A DNA stretch of 28,608 bases from an uncultured Acidimicrobiia bacterium (GTDB lineage Bacteria; Actinomycetota; Acidimicrobiia; Acidimicrobiales; AC-14), in assembly GCA_963836205.1 (NCBI GenBank), contig CAWIIV010000004.1, forward strand, positions 1 through 28,608, in the 5' to 3' direction. The notes beneath the pieces were generated by a model that saw only the letters and a list, made by a program, of their open reading frames with translations, was not told the DNA's origin and made no database searches. Shown here piece after piece: positions 9,440-18,341 of this stretch. Within the stretch, counting starts at the first letter, position 1. Each line of letters opens with the position of its first letter. The position numbers and the translations under genes are program-made.

Positions 9440-10189
9440 TTAGTGGGCGACCCACCCGCCGTCGACCGACACCACCGTCCCCGTGGTGTACGAGGACCCT
9501 TCCGAGCAGAGGAACAGGGCCGCGGCCCGGATCTCGTCCAGCCGGGCCCAGCGGTGCAGCGGTACCTCGTGGTCGAGGAAGGCCCGCACCCGGCGCGAGT
9601 CGGCGACGCCCTCGTTGAGGGGTGTGAGGAACGGTCCCGGGGCCAGTGCGTTGACGGTGACGCCGGTGCCGGCCCATTCCACCGCCAGCGCCCGGGTGAG
9701 CTGCACCACCGCCCCCTTGGCCGCGGCGTAGGCCGAGCGCTCGGCCGCCCCCACCAGGCCCAGGGCCGAGGCCAGGTTGACGATGCGGCCGTAGCCGGCG
9801 GCCCGCATGGGCCGGGCCGCGGCCCGGCAGGCCAGCCACGTCCCTGTGACGTTGACCGCCAGGCAGCGCTCGAAGTCGGCCACCGCCACCTCGTCGGCCG
9901 CGCCCCGGACATTGATTCCGGCGCAGTTGACGAGGATGTCGACCCGCCCGAAGCGCTCCACCGTCGCCCCGACCAGGCGCTCGACCGACCCTTCGTCGGT
10001 GACGTCACAGGTCAGGCCCCATGCCGCCACCGGTCCGCCCAGGGAGGAGGCGACCTCCGCGCACCGTTCGCCGTCGCGGCTGGCCACCACCACCGCCGTT
10101 CCCGCCTCGGCCAGGGCGGTGGCGATCTCCAGGCCCAGCCCGGAGCCGCCTCCGGTGACGATCGCCACCCGACCTTCGAAGGCGCCCAC
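9440..10189 (-). CDS. SDR-family NAD(P)-dependent oxidoreductase
   Basis: [12 protein letters not shown], catalytic YAAAK, VNALAPG, VDGG. Confidence 0.93.
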   Translation of the reverse strand: MGAFEGRVAIVTGGGSGLGLEIATALAEAGTAVVVASRDGERCAEVASSLGGPVAAWGLTCDVTDEGSVERLVGATVERFGRVDILVNCAGINVRGAADEVAVADFERCLAVNVTGTWLACRAAARPMRAAGYGRIVNLASALGLVGAAERSAYAAAKGAVVQLTRALAVEWAGTGVTVNALAPGPFLTPLNEGVADSRRVRAFLDHEVPLHRWARLDEIRAAALFLCSEGSSYTTGTVVSVDGGWVAH

Positions 10190-10235
10190 CCGGACATCAT
10201 CGCCCGGGGGCTGGGTCAGCGCCGACGGGGTCGAG

Positions 10236-10424
10236 TCAGGCCGAACGCTTGAAGGCGGGGCCGAGCATGTCGAGGAGGTAGGCCAGCACCGACGGCGCCA
10301 GCGTGTTCTCGTGGCCCCGGGCGCAGCGGGAGCGGTAGAGGCCGCCGTGGTCGCCGGGCGGGATCAGGTCGGCCAGCAGCCAGCACGTGGGGCAGGGGAC
10401 GACTTCGTCGTCCGGGCCCATCAT
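10236..10424 (-). CDS. Small hypothetical Zn-ribbon-like protein (62 aa)
   Basis: [14 protein letters not shown]...RCARGH. The ATG overlaps the upstream ORF's TGA (ATGA), suggesting translational coupling. Confidence 0.55.
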   Translation of the reverse strand: MMGPDDEVVPCPTCWLLADLIPPGDHGGLYRSRCARGHENTLAPSVLAYLLDMLGPAFKRSA

Positions 10425-10735
10425 GCCGCCTTCGGCGGGGCCGACTCGGCGGAGGAGGCCGAGTCGACGTCGGTGAAATCGAAGGTGGCGTCGAACGGGA
10501 AGGCCGACTCCACCGCCGCCCGGGTGTCGGCTTCCTCGATCAGCCCGGTCATCGACTCGCCCGACATCATGGCGATGACGAGGGCGAGGGCAGCAACGTG
10601 GCCCGCCTCCCAACCGTCGCCGTAGCCGGTGAGGTAGTCGAACGTGGGGGCTTCCGGCGCCACCTTGCCCACCGCCCAGTGGCGGGCGGCGGCGTTCTGC
10701 AGGAATCCTCGGCACAAGCTCTCGATGTCATCCAT
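10421..10735 (-). CDS. Hypothetical protein (104 aa)
   Basis: AGAGGAG RBS before the ATG, good GC3 bias, YLTGYGDGWEAG motif. Confidence 0.65.
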   Translation of the reverse strand: MDDIESLCRGFLQNAAARHWAVGKVAPEAPTFDYLTGYGDGWEAGHVAALALVIAMMSGESMTGLIEEADTRAAVESAFPFDATFDFTDVDSASSAESAPPKAA

Positions 10736-11214
10736 CGTGCCGCTCCTCTCTGGGCGTCATCCCCGTATCGTCATTTCCCCTTTGGGACTTGAGCCACACA
10801 CGGCGAATGAGCTTTTCGACCCACCCGGCAATGGGGGCACGGTCGGGGCCGCGTTCCCCCCTCCCACACGGGAACCGCCTCACAGCGAGTCATACGCCCG
10901 CTGACCTGCGATGACGCGGCCATCACGCGTCCACCGACCGAAGACCGCAGGCGGGCCCGCGAGCGCAGGCAGGATCGAGCGTCGATTTTGTCAATACCGG
11001 GGCCCTGGCCGGTGACGGGCGCGTCACGCGGACGACCCCGGCCCGCCTCTTCAAGCGACCGCCACCGGGCGCCGTCGAGGACCCGCCCGTGGCCACCCCT
11101 TTGACCGTCGTCGAGCGGCACCAGCACCGCATGGAGGGCCGGGGAAGTAGTCCGATCGGCTCTTTGTCGGCCGCCGGCCTCAAGCGCTCTCGGGCGGTGG
11201 CCGACCGTTCGTCC

Positions 11215-11442
11215 ATGGCCACCCGGCGCTTCGTCAGGAGAGCGGAGGAATGGACTGAGGTCGCCCGCTGGCTGGGTGTCTTCTGGTTCTGCCGCTGCCA
11301 CTACAGCAACGTCGCCAGCTACCGCTGCTACTACTGCGGGAAGCGGGCGCCGGCAGAGGTCCGCACCCTGGTGATCGACACCCTCCGGGCCGCGGAGCGG
11401 GTCGAGATCCCGGCCCCCGTACCGGTCTCCGCCCGTCATTAG
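11215..11442 (+). CDS. Small protein with a RanBP2/NZF-like zinc ribbon (start uncertain; ORF open from 11089)
   Basis: W-F-C-R-C-x3-N-x5-C-YY-C-G, with coding-like codon use from ATG 11215. Confidence 0.55.
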   Translation: MATRRFVRRAEEWTEVARWLGVFWFCRCHYSNVASYRCYYCGKRAPAEVRTLVIDTLRAAERVEIPAPVPVSARH

Positions 11443-11479
11443 GGACGTTCGGCTCTCCCTGCCCCAACCCCGGTACGGG

Positions 11480-11485
11480 TACCTT
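11480..11485 (+). promoter_or_regulatory. Putative -10 element for a leaderless hydrogenase transcript
   Basis: TACCTT (TANNNT) lies 6 nt before ATG 11492 and there is no Shine-Dalgarno sequence. Confidence 0.4.
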
Positions 11486-11491
11486 GATCGC

Positions 11492-12514
11492 ATGGAGCAG
11501 GTGCCGGTCCTGTGGCTCACCGCCGGCCTCAGTTGTGACGGCGACTCGATCGCCATGACCGCCGCCACCCAGCCCAGCCTGGAGGACCTCGTGCTGGGCG
11601 CCTTCCCCGGTGTGCCCCGCGTCCGTTTCCACCACCCGGTGCTGGCCTACGAGGTGGGCGACGAGTTCCTGGCCGGGTTCGAGGACGCGGCGGCGGGCAA
11701 GCTCGACCCCTTCATCCTGGTCATCGAGGGCTCCATCCCCGACGAGACGGGCAACGAGGAGGGGTGTTGGGCCGGCTTCGGCACCGACCCCGCGACCGGC
11801 CAGCCCATCCCCACCACCACCTGGGTCGACCGGCTCACGGCCAAGGCGTGGGCGGTGATGGCGGTGGGCACCTGCGCCGCCTACGGCGGCATCCACGGCA
11901 TGGCCGGCAACCCCACCGGCGCCATGGGCCTGGCCGACTACCTGGGCTGGGACTGGCGCTCGCAGGGCGGCATGCCCATCGTCAACCTGCCCGGCTGCCC
12001 GATCCAGCCCGACAACTGCACCGAGACCCTGCTCTACCTGGTCCGCCAGCTGGCCGGGCTGGCCCCGCCGATCCCGCTCGACCACGTCCTGCGCCCCAAG
12101 TGGCTGTTCGGCCAGACCCTCCACGAGAACTGCGACCGGGGCGGCTACTACGAGCAGGGCGACTTCGCCGGCGAATACGGGTCGTCCAAGTGCATCGTCA
12201 AGCTCGGGTGCTGGGGACCGGTGGTCGACTGCAACGTGGGCAAGCGGGGGTGGATGAACGGCGTCGGCGGCTGCGCCAACGTCGGCGGCACGTGCATCGG
12301 CTGCACCATGCCCGGCTTCCCCGACAAGTTCCAGCCCTTCCTCGACGAGCCCCCGGGGGCGAGGATGTCGTCGTCGGCGGTGCTGCTCTACGGACGGTCG
12401 GTACGGGCCCTGCGCAACGTGACCCGTGCGTCGATGAACGTCGAACCGGAGTGGCGAGGGCCGCTGCCGAAGGGACTGCGGACCGCGGGCGACGACCCGC
12501 CGACCGGCGGGTGA
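11492..12514 (+). CDS. hhyS: [NiFe]-hydrogenase small subunit, group 1h/5 type, no TAT leader
   Basis: LWLTAGLSCDGDS.AMTAATQPS (Cys/Asp proximal ligands), EGSIP, GTCAAYGG, PGCP, HENCDR, KLGCWGP..CN, C.NVGG.CIGCTMPGFPD. Confidence 0.92.
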   Translation: MEQVPVLWLTAGLSCDGDSIAMTAATQPSLEDLVLGAFPGVPRVRFHHPVLAYEVGDEFLAGFEDAAAGKLDPFILVIEGSIPDETGNEEGCWAGFGTDPATGQPIPTTTWVDRLTAKAWAVMAVGTCAAYGGIHGMAGNPTGAMGLADYLGWDWRSQGGMPIVNLPGCPIQPDNCTETLLYLVRQLAGLAPPIPLDHVLRPKWLFGQTLHENCDRGGYYEQGDFAGEYGSSKCIVKLGCWGPVVDCNVGKRGWMNGVGGCANVGGTCIGCTMPGFPDKFQPFLDEPPGARMSSSAVLLYGRSVRALRNVTRASMNVEPEWRGPLPKGLRTAGDDPPTGG

Positions 12515-14283
12515 CCGACACCGGCCCCCACCTGGTCGACAAGACGTGGGACCCGATCACCCGCATCGTCGGCAGCCTCGGCATCCACGCCCGCATCGAC
12601 TTCCGTGACCGCAAGGTGGTGCGCTGCCACAGCACGTCGTCGATCTTCCGGGGCTACAGCGTGTTCATGAAGGGCAAGGACCCCCGCGACGCCCACCAGA
12701 TCACCAGTCGCATCTGCGGCATCTGCGGCGACAACCACGCCACCGCCTCCGTCTACGCCCAGCAGATGGCCTACGGGATCAAGCCCCCGCACCTGGCCGA
12801 GTGGATCGTCAACCTGGCCGAGGCGGCCGAGTACATGTTCGACCACAACCTCTACCAGGAGAACCTGGTGGGGGTGGACTTCTGCGCCCGCATGGTGGGG
12901 GAGACCAACCCCGCGGTGCTGGCCCGGGCCGAGGTCACCGAGTCGCCCCACGCCGACGTCCACGGCTACCGCACCATCGCCGACATCATGCGGGCGTTCA
13001 ACCCCATGGAGGGTGCCCTCTACCTGGAGGCGCTCAAGATGAGCCGCCTCACCCGGGAGATGTTCTGCCTGATGGAAGGGCGCCACGTCCACCCGTCGCT
13101 GTTGTACCCGGGCGGCGTCGGCACCGTGCCCACGGTCCAGCTCTTCGACGACTACCTGGTGCGGCTGGTGAAGTACGTCGAGCACCTCAAGCGCATCGTC
13201 CCTCTCCACGACGACCTCTTCGACTTCATGTACGAGGCCCTGCCCGGTTACGAGGAGGTCGGCCGGCGGCGGGTGCTGCTCGGCTCGTGGGGCTCGTTCC
13301 AGAACCCGGAGACGTGCGACTTCCGCTACGACCACATGACCTCGTGGGGCCGCGACATGTTCGTCACGCCCGGCATCGTGGTCGACGGCGATCTGGTCAC
13401 CACCGACCTGGTCGAGATCAACCTGGGGATGCGGATCCTGCTCGGCAGCTCGTTCTACGAGGACTGGGCCGAGGGGGAGACCTTCGTCACCCACGACCCC
13501 CTGGGCCACCCCGTCGACCAGCGCCATCCCTGGAACCAGACCACCTCGCCCCGGCCCCAGCGGCGCAACTTCGAGCCGGGCGGCCACTACACGTGGGTGA
13601 TGTCGCCCCGGTGGCTCGATGCCCGCACCGGAGAGCATCTCGCCCTCGACACCGGCGGAGGCCCCCTCGCCCGGCTGTGGGTCACCGCCCTGGCCGGCCG
13701 GGTGCACACCTCCTACGTCGACGCGCCGGGCGACGGGTCGGTGCGCATCCGCCTCCCCCGCACCGCCCACCTACCCGAGACCGAGCTCACCTGGCGGGTG
13801 CCGCGGTGGTCGAACACCATCGAGCGCGACCGGGCCCGCACCTACTTCCAGGCCTACAGCGCGTCCATCGCCTTCCACTTCCTGGAACAGGCGATGGCGG
13901 AGGTGAGCGCGGGCCGGCTCGACGTGTGGACGCCGTTCGAGGTGCCCGACGAGGCCGTCTCGTGCGGGTTCCACGAGGCGGTACGGGGCGTCCTGTCCCA
14001 CCACATGGTGATCCGCAAGGGCCGCATCGCCAACTACCACCCGTACCCGCCCACCTGCTGGAACGCCAGCCCCCGGGACTCGTTCGGCACCGCCGGCCCC
14101 TATGAGGACGCGGTCGCGGGATCGCCGGTGTTCGAGGAGAACGGGGCCGACCAGTTCAAGGGCATCGACATCATGCGCACCGTCCGCAGCTTCGACCCCT
14201 GCCTGCCCTGCGGCGTCCACCTCTATCTGGGCGGGGGAAAGGTGCACCGGGCCCTCCACGGCCCCACGCTCGGGGTCCGGTGA
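12511..14283 (+). CDS. hhyL: [NiFe]-hydrogenase large subunit, group 1h/5 type (590 aa)
   Basis: The GTG overlaps the hhyS TGA. Motifs: WDPITRIVGSLG, L1 TSRICGICGDNH, L2 SFDPCLPCGVH, plus a 20-aa C-terminal extension. Confidence 0.95.
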   Translation: MTDTGPHLVDKTWDPITRIVGSLGIHARIDFRDRKVVRCHSTSSIFRGYSVFMKGKDPRDAHQITSRICGICGDNHATASVYAQQMAYGIKPPHLAEWIVNLAEAAEYMFDHNLYQENLVGVDFCARMVGETNPAVLARAEVTESPHADVHGYRTIADIMRAFNPMEGALYLEALKMSRLTREMFCLMEGRHVHPSLLYPGGVGTVPTVQLFDDYLVRLVKYVEHLKRIVPLHDDLFDFMYEALPGYEEVGRRRVLLGSWGSFQNPETCDFRYDHMTSWGRDMFVTPGIVVDGDLVTTDLVEINLGMRILLGSSFYEDWAEGETFVTHDPLGHPVDQRHPWNQTTSPRPQRRNFEPGGHYTWVMSPRWLDARTGEHLALDTGGGPLARLWVTALAGRVHTSYVDAPGDGSVRIRLPRTAHLPETELTWRVPRWSNTIERDRARTYFQAYSASIAFHFLEQAMAEVSAGRLDVWTPFEVPDEAVSCGFHEAVRGVLSHHMVIRKGRIANYHPYPPTCWNASPRDSFGTAGPYEDAVAGSPVFEENGADQFKGIDIMRTVRSFDPCLPCGVHLYLGGGKVHRALHGPTLGVR

Positions 14284-14301
14284 CCCCGGGTCGGTGACCG
14301 A

Positions 14302-15807
14302 GTGAGCGACACCGGCCCCGTCGACGTGGCCGGGCTGGAGGCGCACCTGGCGGCGATGGCCGTCGGCGACAGCGAGGCCCTGGAGGCCATGCTCCGCCTG
14401 GCCGAGGTGGTCTTCCCGGGACGGGTGGGCATCGGCGACCGGGAGCGAGTCGTGTGGCCGACCGCCGGCCACCACCACGGTGGCGCCGCCCATCCGGGCG
14501 ACGACGCCGACCTCAGCGAGCGCGACCAGCTGGCCGCCAACGTGCGTCGATCGGAGGTCCGCTTCCAGTCCCTCGTGGAACAGGTGCCGGCGGTGGTGTT
14601 CTCCGCCGCCCTCGGCGACGCCGACAACGAGGTCTACGTCAGCCCCCACATCGAGACCGTGCTCGGGTTCACCCAGCAGGAGTGGCTGACCAACCCCCTC
14701 CTCTGGTACTCCCAGCTCCACCCCGACGACCACGACGTGGTGATCGAGGCCTTCACCCGGGGCGTGCAGACGGGGGGGCCGTTCCGGGCCGAGGTGCGCT
14801 TCATCTCCCGCGACGGCGAGGAGGTCTGGATCCTGGGCGAGGCCCGCCTCATCCGCGACGACGCCGGCCGGTTGGCCTACTTCCAGGGCGTGGGCTTCGA
14901 CATCACGCCGTCCAAGCGGGCGCAGGCGATGATGGCGGAGGCCGAGCACGTCCGGGTGGAGGCGGCCCAGCTCCTGGCCGAGGTCTACGCCGCCCGCAAC
15001 GTGGAGCTGGCCGAGCTCAACGAGCAGCTACGGGTGGCGGTGGACCAGGCGGAGGCGGCCGAGGCCCTCCAGCGCCAGCTCCTGGCCCGGGAGCGGGAGG
15101 TCGTCGACCGCCTGACCCGCCTCGACCGCGACAAGAACGACTTCGTGTCCAGCGTCAGCCACGAGCTGCGGACGCCCGTCACCAGCATGCTGGGCTACCT
15201 GGAGATGCTCGGCGACGGCGACGCGGGGCCGCTCAACGTCCAGCAGACCCGCATGCTGGAGGTGATCAGCCGCAACAGCCGGCGGCTCCTCAACCGCATC
15301 GAGGACCTGCTGACGGTGTCGGGCGTGGAGGCGGGCAAGATCCGGCTGACGCTGACGCCGGTGGCGGTTCCACTGCTGATCGAGTCGGCGGTGGCGGCCA
15401 TGGCCCCGGCCCTGTCGGGACGGGAGCTGAAGCTCACGGTCGACGTGGCCGACGACGCCATGACCGTCACCGCCGACGCCGAGCACCTCGACCGGGTCCT
15501 CATCAACCTGTTGAGCAACGCGGTCAAGTTCACGCCCGACGGCGGCCGGATCTCGGTCTCGGTGGGCCGGCAGGGCGACACGGTGGCGCTGGTGGTGGCC
15601 GACACCGGCCTCGGCATCCCCGAGGACGAGCAGTCGCGGGTCTTCGAGCGGTTCTTCCGGTCGTCCAACGCCCAGGAGCTTGCCATCGCCGGCACCGGGC
15701 TGGGCCTGGTGATCGTGAAGGGGATCGTCGAGCTCCACGGGGGGGCAGTGGCACTGCGGTCGACCCCCGGCGTCGGCACCGAGGTCACCATCAGCCTCCC
15801 CGCCTGA
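14302..15807 (+). CDS. Cytoplasmic PAS-domain sensor histidine kinase
   Basis: PAS/PAC (YVSP...LHPDD...DIT), coiled coil, H-box SHELRTP, N-box NLLSNAVKFT, DTGLGI, FERFFR, GTGLGL. No TM segment and no receiver domain. Confidence 0.93.
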   Translation: MSDTGPVDVAGLEAHLAAMAVGDSEALEAMLRLAEVVFPGRVGIGDRERVVWPTAGHHHGGAAHPGDDADLSERDQLAANVRRSEVRFQSLVEQVPAVVFSAALGDADNEVYVSPHIETVLGFTQQEWLTNPLLWYSQLHPDDHDVVIEAFTRGVQTGGPFRAEVRFISRDGEEVWILGEARLIRDDAGRLAYFQGVGFDITPSKRAQAMMAEAEHVRVEAAQLLAEVYAARNVELAELNEQLRVAVDQAEAAEALQRQLLAREREVVDRLTRLDRDKNDFVSSVSHELRTPVTSMLGYLEMLGDGDAGPLNVQQTRMLEVISRNSRRLLNRIEDLLTVSGVEAGKIRLTLTPVAVPLLIESAVAAMAPALSGRELKLTVDVADDAMTVTADAEHLDRVLINLLSNAVKFTPDGGRISVSVGRQGDTVALVVADTGLGIPEDEQSRVFERFFRSSNAQELAIAGTGLGLVIVKGIVELHGGAVALRSTPGVGTEVTISLPA

Positions 15808-15823
15808 ACGCTCTCCGGGCGCG

Positions 15824-15870
15824 AAAAGGGCGCCCACTCGGCTGACGGCGGACCAGCCGAGAAGGGCGCC
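15824..15870 (-). terminator. Intrinsic terminator-like hairpin
   Basis: Minus strand: GGCGCCC-tt-CTCGGCTG-loop-CAGCCGAG-t-GGGCGCC followed by CTTTT. Confidence 0.6.
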
Positions 15871-15962
15871 GGCCCATATGTTGGCGGGTTCCGCGCCGCT
15901 ATGCAAGACAGACCGGTCAGTCGCCTCGATTTCTTTCCGAAACCGCTCGGCGGCCGGGCCGT

Positions 15963-15983
15963 GACCCCGGCGGCTCCGGGGTC
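15963..15983. terminator. Hairpin just after the zf-UBP stop codon
   Basis: GACCCCGG-cggct-CCGGGGTC, a perfect 8-bp stem. Confidence 0.5.
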
Positions 15984-15987
15984 GAAG

Positions 15988-16278
15988 TCACGGGTGGTGG
16001 AACGAGGGGGCGCCGGGGACGAGGAAGGCGACCTCGTCGACGTAGCACCACCACCACTCCTCACCGGGCTCGTAGGTCTGGATCAGGGGGTGGGCGGTGC
16101 TGCGGAAGTGGGCGGTGGCGTGGCGGTTGGGGGAGCTGTCGCAGCAGCCCACGTGGCCGCACGCCATGCACAGCCGCAGGTGGACCCACCGCCCGCCGAT
16201 GGCCAGGCAGTCCTCGCACCCGTCGGCGTGGGGCGAGACGGCGGCGGCCTGGTCGAGATGGGTGCAGGTGTCGGGCAT
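15988..16278 (-). CDS. UBP-type zinc finger protein (96 aa)
   Basis: CTHL...GCEDCL...WVHLRLCMACGHVGCCDSSPNRHATAH...WCYVD, with RBS AGAGGGGA. Confidence 0.9.
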   Translation of the reverse strand: MPDTCTHLDQAAAVSPHADGCEDCLAIGGRWVHLRLCMACGHVGCCDSSPNRHATAHFRSTAHPLIQTYEPGEEWWWCYVDEVAFLVPGAPSFHHP

Positions 16279-16295
16279 GGGTCCCCTCTGGTGTA

Positions 16296-17696
16296 TCAGC
16301 CTCGGGCGCAGGATGTTCCCGGACGGCGGGCGGCGGTCGACCAGTCGGGATTGTCGGTGCGGGGCCAGTAGTCGCCGGTCCCCGGGTCCTGGTCGTAGGG
16401 GACGGGCGGGTCGTCGCCACCGGCGATGGCGGCTACGGCGGCCAGGAAGCGGTCGATGTCGGCCGCAGTGGTCGACAGCCCGGCGCTGGCCCGCACCGCG
16501 CCCGGGATGTGGCGCCGGTCGCCCCGAAGCACGGCCGACCGGTACGAGGCGACCTCGCGCTCGTCCAGGCCGAGCAGGCGCAGGAGGTAGGGGTGGGCGC
16601 AGAAGCACCCGTGGCGGACGCCGATGGCGTGCTCCGCGCTCAGCCGGGCCGCGACCAGGGCGTGGTGGACGCCGTCGACCACGAACGTGGCCAGGGGCAG
16701 GGTGGGCGCCCCCAGGGCCGGGCCCAGCAGGTGCACGCCGTCGATGGCGGCCAGCCCGTGGCGGAGGCGGTCGGCCATGGCGTCGTCGTGGGCGACGATG
16801 GCGGGCCAGCCGAGCTTGGCCAGCTCGTCGATGGCGGCGTGGAGGGCGATCGCGCCCACGACGTTGGGCGAGCCCGCCTCCTCCCGCTCGGGCGGGTCGG
16901 TCCACACCACCTCGTCGAGGTCGACCAGGTCGACGGCCCCCCCGCCGGCCAGGAAAGGGTCGCCCGTCTCGAAGGTCGACCGGGGGCCGACCAGAACGCC
17001 CCCGCCGTACGGGGCGTACATCTTGTGACCGCTCCAGGCGAGGAAATCGGCGCTGGCGGGAAGCGGGCGGTGGGCCGCCAGCTGGGCCGCGTCGACCAGC
17101 ACCGGGATTCCCCGCTCGTGGGCCGCGGCCACGATGTCGTCGGTGGGTGGAATCCAGCCGGTGACGTTGGACGCACCGGTGACGGTCAGCAGCCGGGGCC
17201 GGGGCCCGTCGTCGAGGACGGCCGCCACTTCGTCGGCGTCGAAGGTGCCGTCGGGCCCGCACTCCACGTACCGGCGGCGAGCCAGGCGGGCCCAGGGGAG
17301 GAGGTTGGCGTGGTGCTCGACGACGGTGGTGACCACGACGTCGTCGGGCGCCAGCCGCAGCCGGTAGGCGAGGTGGTTGACGGCCTCGGTGGTGTTGCGG
17401 CAGATGATTGCCACGTCGGTAGCCTCGTCCTTGCCGGCGAAGGCAAGGGCCGCGGCCCGGGCCTCCTCGTACTCGGCGGTGGCCAGCTGCGACTTCCACC
17501 CCGCCCCCCGGTGCACGCTCGAGTACCGGGGCATGAAGTCGGCGACCCGCTGGGCGACGGCCGGAAGCGCACTGGTGGACGCGGCCGCGTCGAGGGACAG
17601 GTAGGGCCGCTGGAGACCGTCGATGCAGGGTGCGCTCAGGCCGTCGCCGACCAGCTCGACGCCGAGACTTTCGCCTTCCGGCGCCCGATCCGGCAC
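16296..17696 (-). CDS. Class V PLP aminotransferase / cysteine desulfurase (SufS/CsdA-like)
   Basis: LDAAAST, SVHRG, NTTEA, EHHAN, DAAQ, SGHKMYAP (PLP Lys), AGSPN, VRHGCFCAHP (catalytic Cys region). Confidence 0.92.
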   Translation of the reverse strand: MPDRAPEGESLGVELVGDGLSAPCIDGLQRPYLSLDAAASTSALPAVAQRVADFMPRYSSVHRGAGWKSQLATAEYEEARAAALAFAGKDEATDVAIICRNTTEAVNHLAYRLRLAPDDVVVTTVVEHHANLLPWARLARRRYVECGPDGTFDADEVAAVLDDGPRPRLLTVTGASNVTGWIPPTDDIVAAAHERGIPVLVDAAQLAAHRPLPASADFLAWSGHKMYAPYGGGVLVGPRSTFETGDPFLAGGGAVDLVDLDEVVWTDPPEREEAGSPNVVGAIALHAAIDELAKLGWPAIVAHDDAMADRLRHGLAAIDGVHLLGPALGAPTLPLATFVVDGVHHALVAARLSAEHAIGVRHGCFCAHPYLLRLLGLDEREVASYRSAVLRGDRRHIPGAVRASAGLSTTAADIDRFLAAVAAIAGGDDPPVPYDQDPGTGDYWPRTDNPDWSTAARRPGTSCARG

Positions 17697-17762
17697 CCCC
17701 TCATGCTACCGGCCACCCGTATTTCGGTGGCACATCCCGGGGAGGTCGGCGAAGCTCAGGCC

Positions 17763-18323
17763 GTGCACCACCGGACGAGGGACGAGCTGGCCGCGGGCCT
17801 GGACGACATCGCCCGGTCGCCGGCGGACGGCGGGCGGGTCGAGCTGATCGTCCGCCGGCCGTCGCCGGGAGGGCGCGAGATCCTGGCCGAGGGGACGCTC
17901 GACCCCGACCTCGGCCTGGTCGGAGACGGCTGGCGGGTGCTGGGCAGCCCCGACACCCCCGACGGGTCGTCGCACCCCGACATGCAGCTCAACGTCATGA
18001 ACGCCCGGGTCGCGGCCTTGCTGGCCGTCGACCCCGACCGGCGGGCGCTGGCCGGCGACCAGCTCTACCTCGACCTCGACCTGAGCGTCGACAACCTGCC
18101 GCCGGGATCCCGCCTGGCCCTCGGATCGGCCGTCATCGAGGTCACCGACCAGCCCCATCTCGGCTGTCCCAAGTTCTCCGCTCACTTCGGTGGGGCCGCC
18201 CTCCGCTTCGTGAACTCCCGGGCGGGACGCAGCCTGCGCCTGCGGGGGATCAACGCCAAGGTGATCACGGGCGGGACGGTGCGGGTGGGCGACCGGGTGG
18301 CGAAGCTCCCCGCCGCCTGCTGA
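17763..18323 (+). CDS. MOSC-domain protein
   Basis: GLVGDGW, AGDQLYLDLDLS, GSAVIEVT..PH.GC.KF, LRGINAKV..GG.VRVGD. Confidence 0.85.
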   Translation: MHHRTRDELAAGLDDIARSPADGGRVELIVRRPSPGGREILAEGTLDPDLGLVGDGWRVLGSPDTPDGSSHPDMQLNVMNARVAALLAVDPDRRALAGDQLYLDLDLSVDNLPPGSRLALGSAVIEVTDQPHLGCPKFSAHFGGAALRFVNSRAGRSLRLRGINAKVITGGTVRVGDRVAKLPAAC

Positions 18324-18341
18324 CCGCCGCCCACCTGCCCG

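Noticed and set aside
11764-14283. 839-aa ORF suggesting an N-terminally extended or fused hydrogenase large subunit
   Set aside because: The first 249 codons are an off-frame read of hhyS. The real start is GTG 12511, overlapping the hhyS stop.
17697-17762. SAM-type riboswitch upstream of the cysteine desulfurase
   Set aside because: The gap to the divergent MOSC gene is only about 66 bp and shows no recognisable aptamer.
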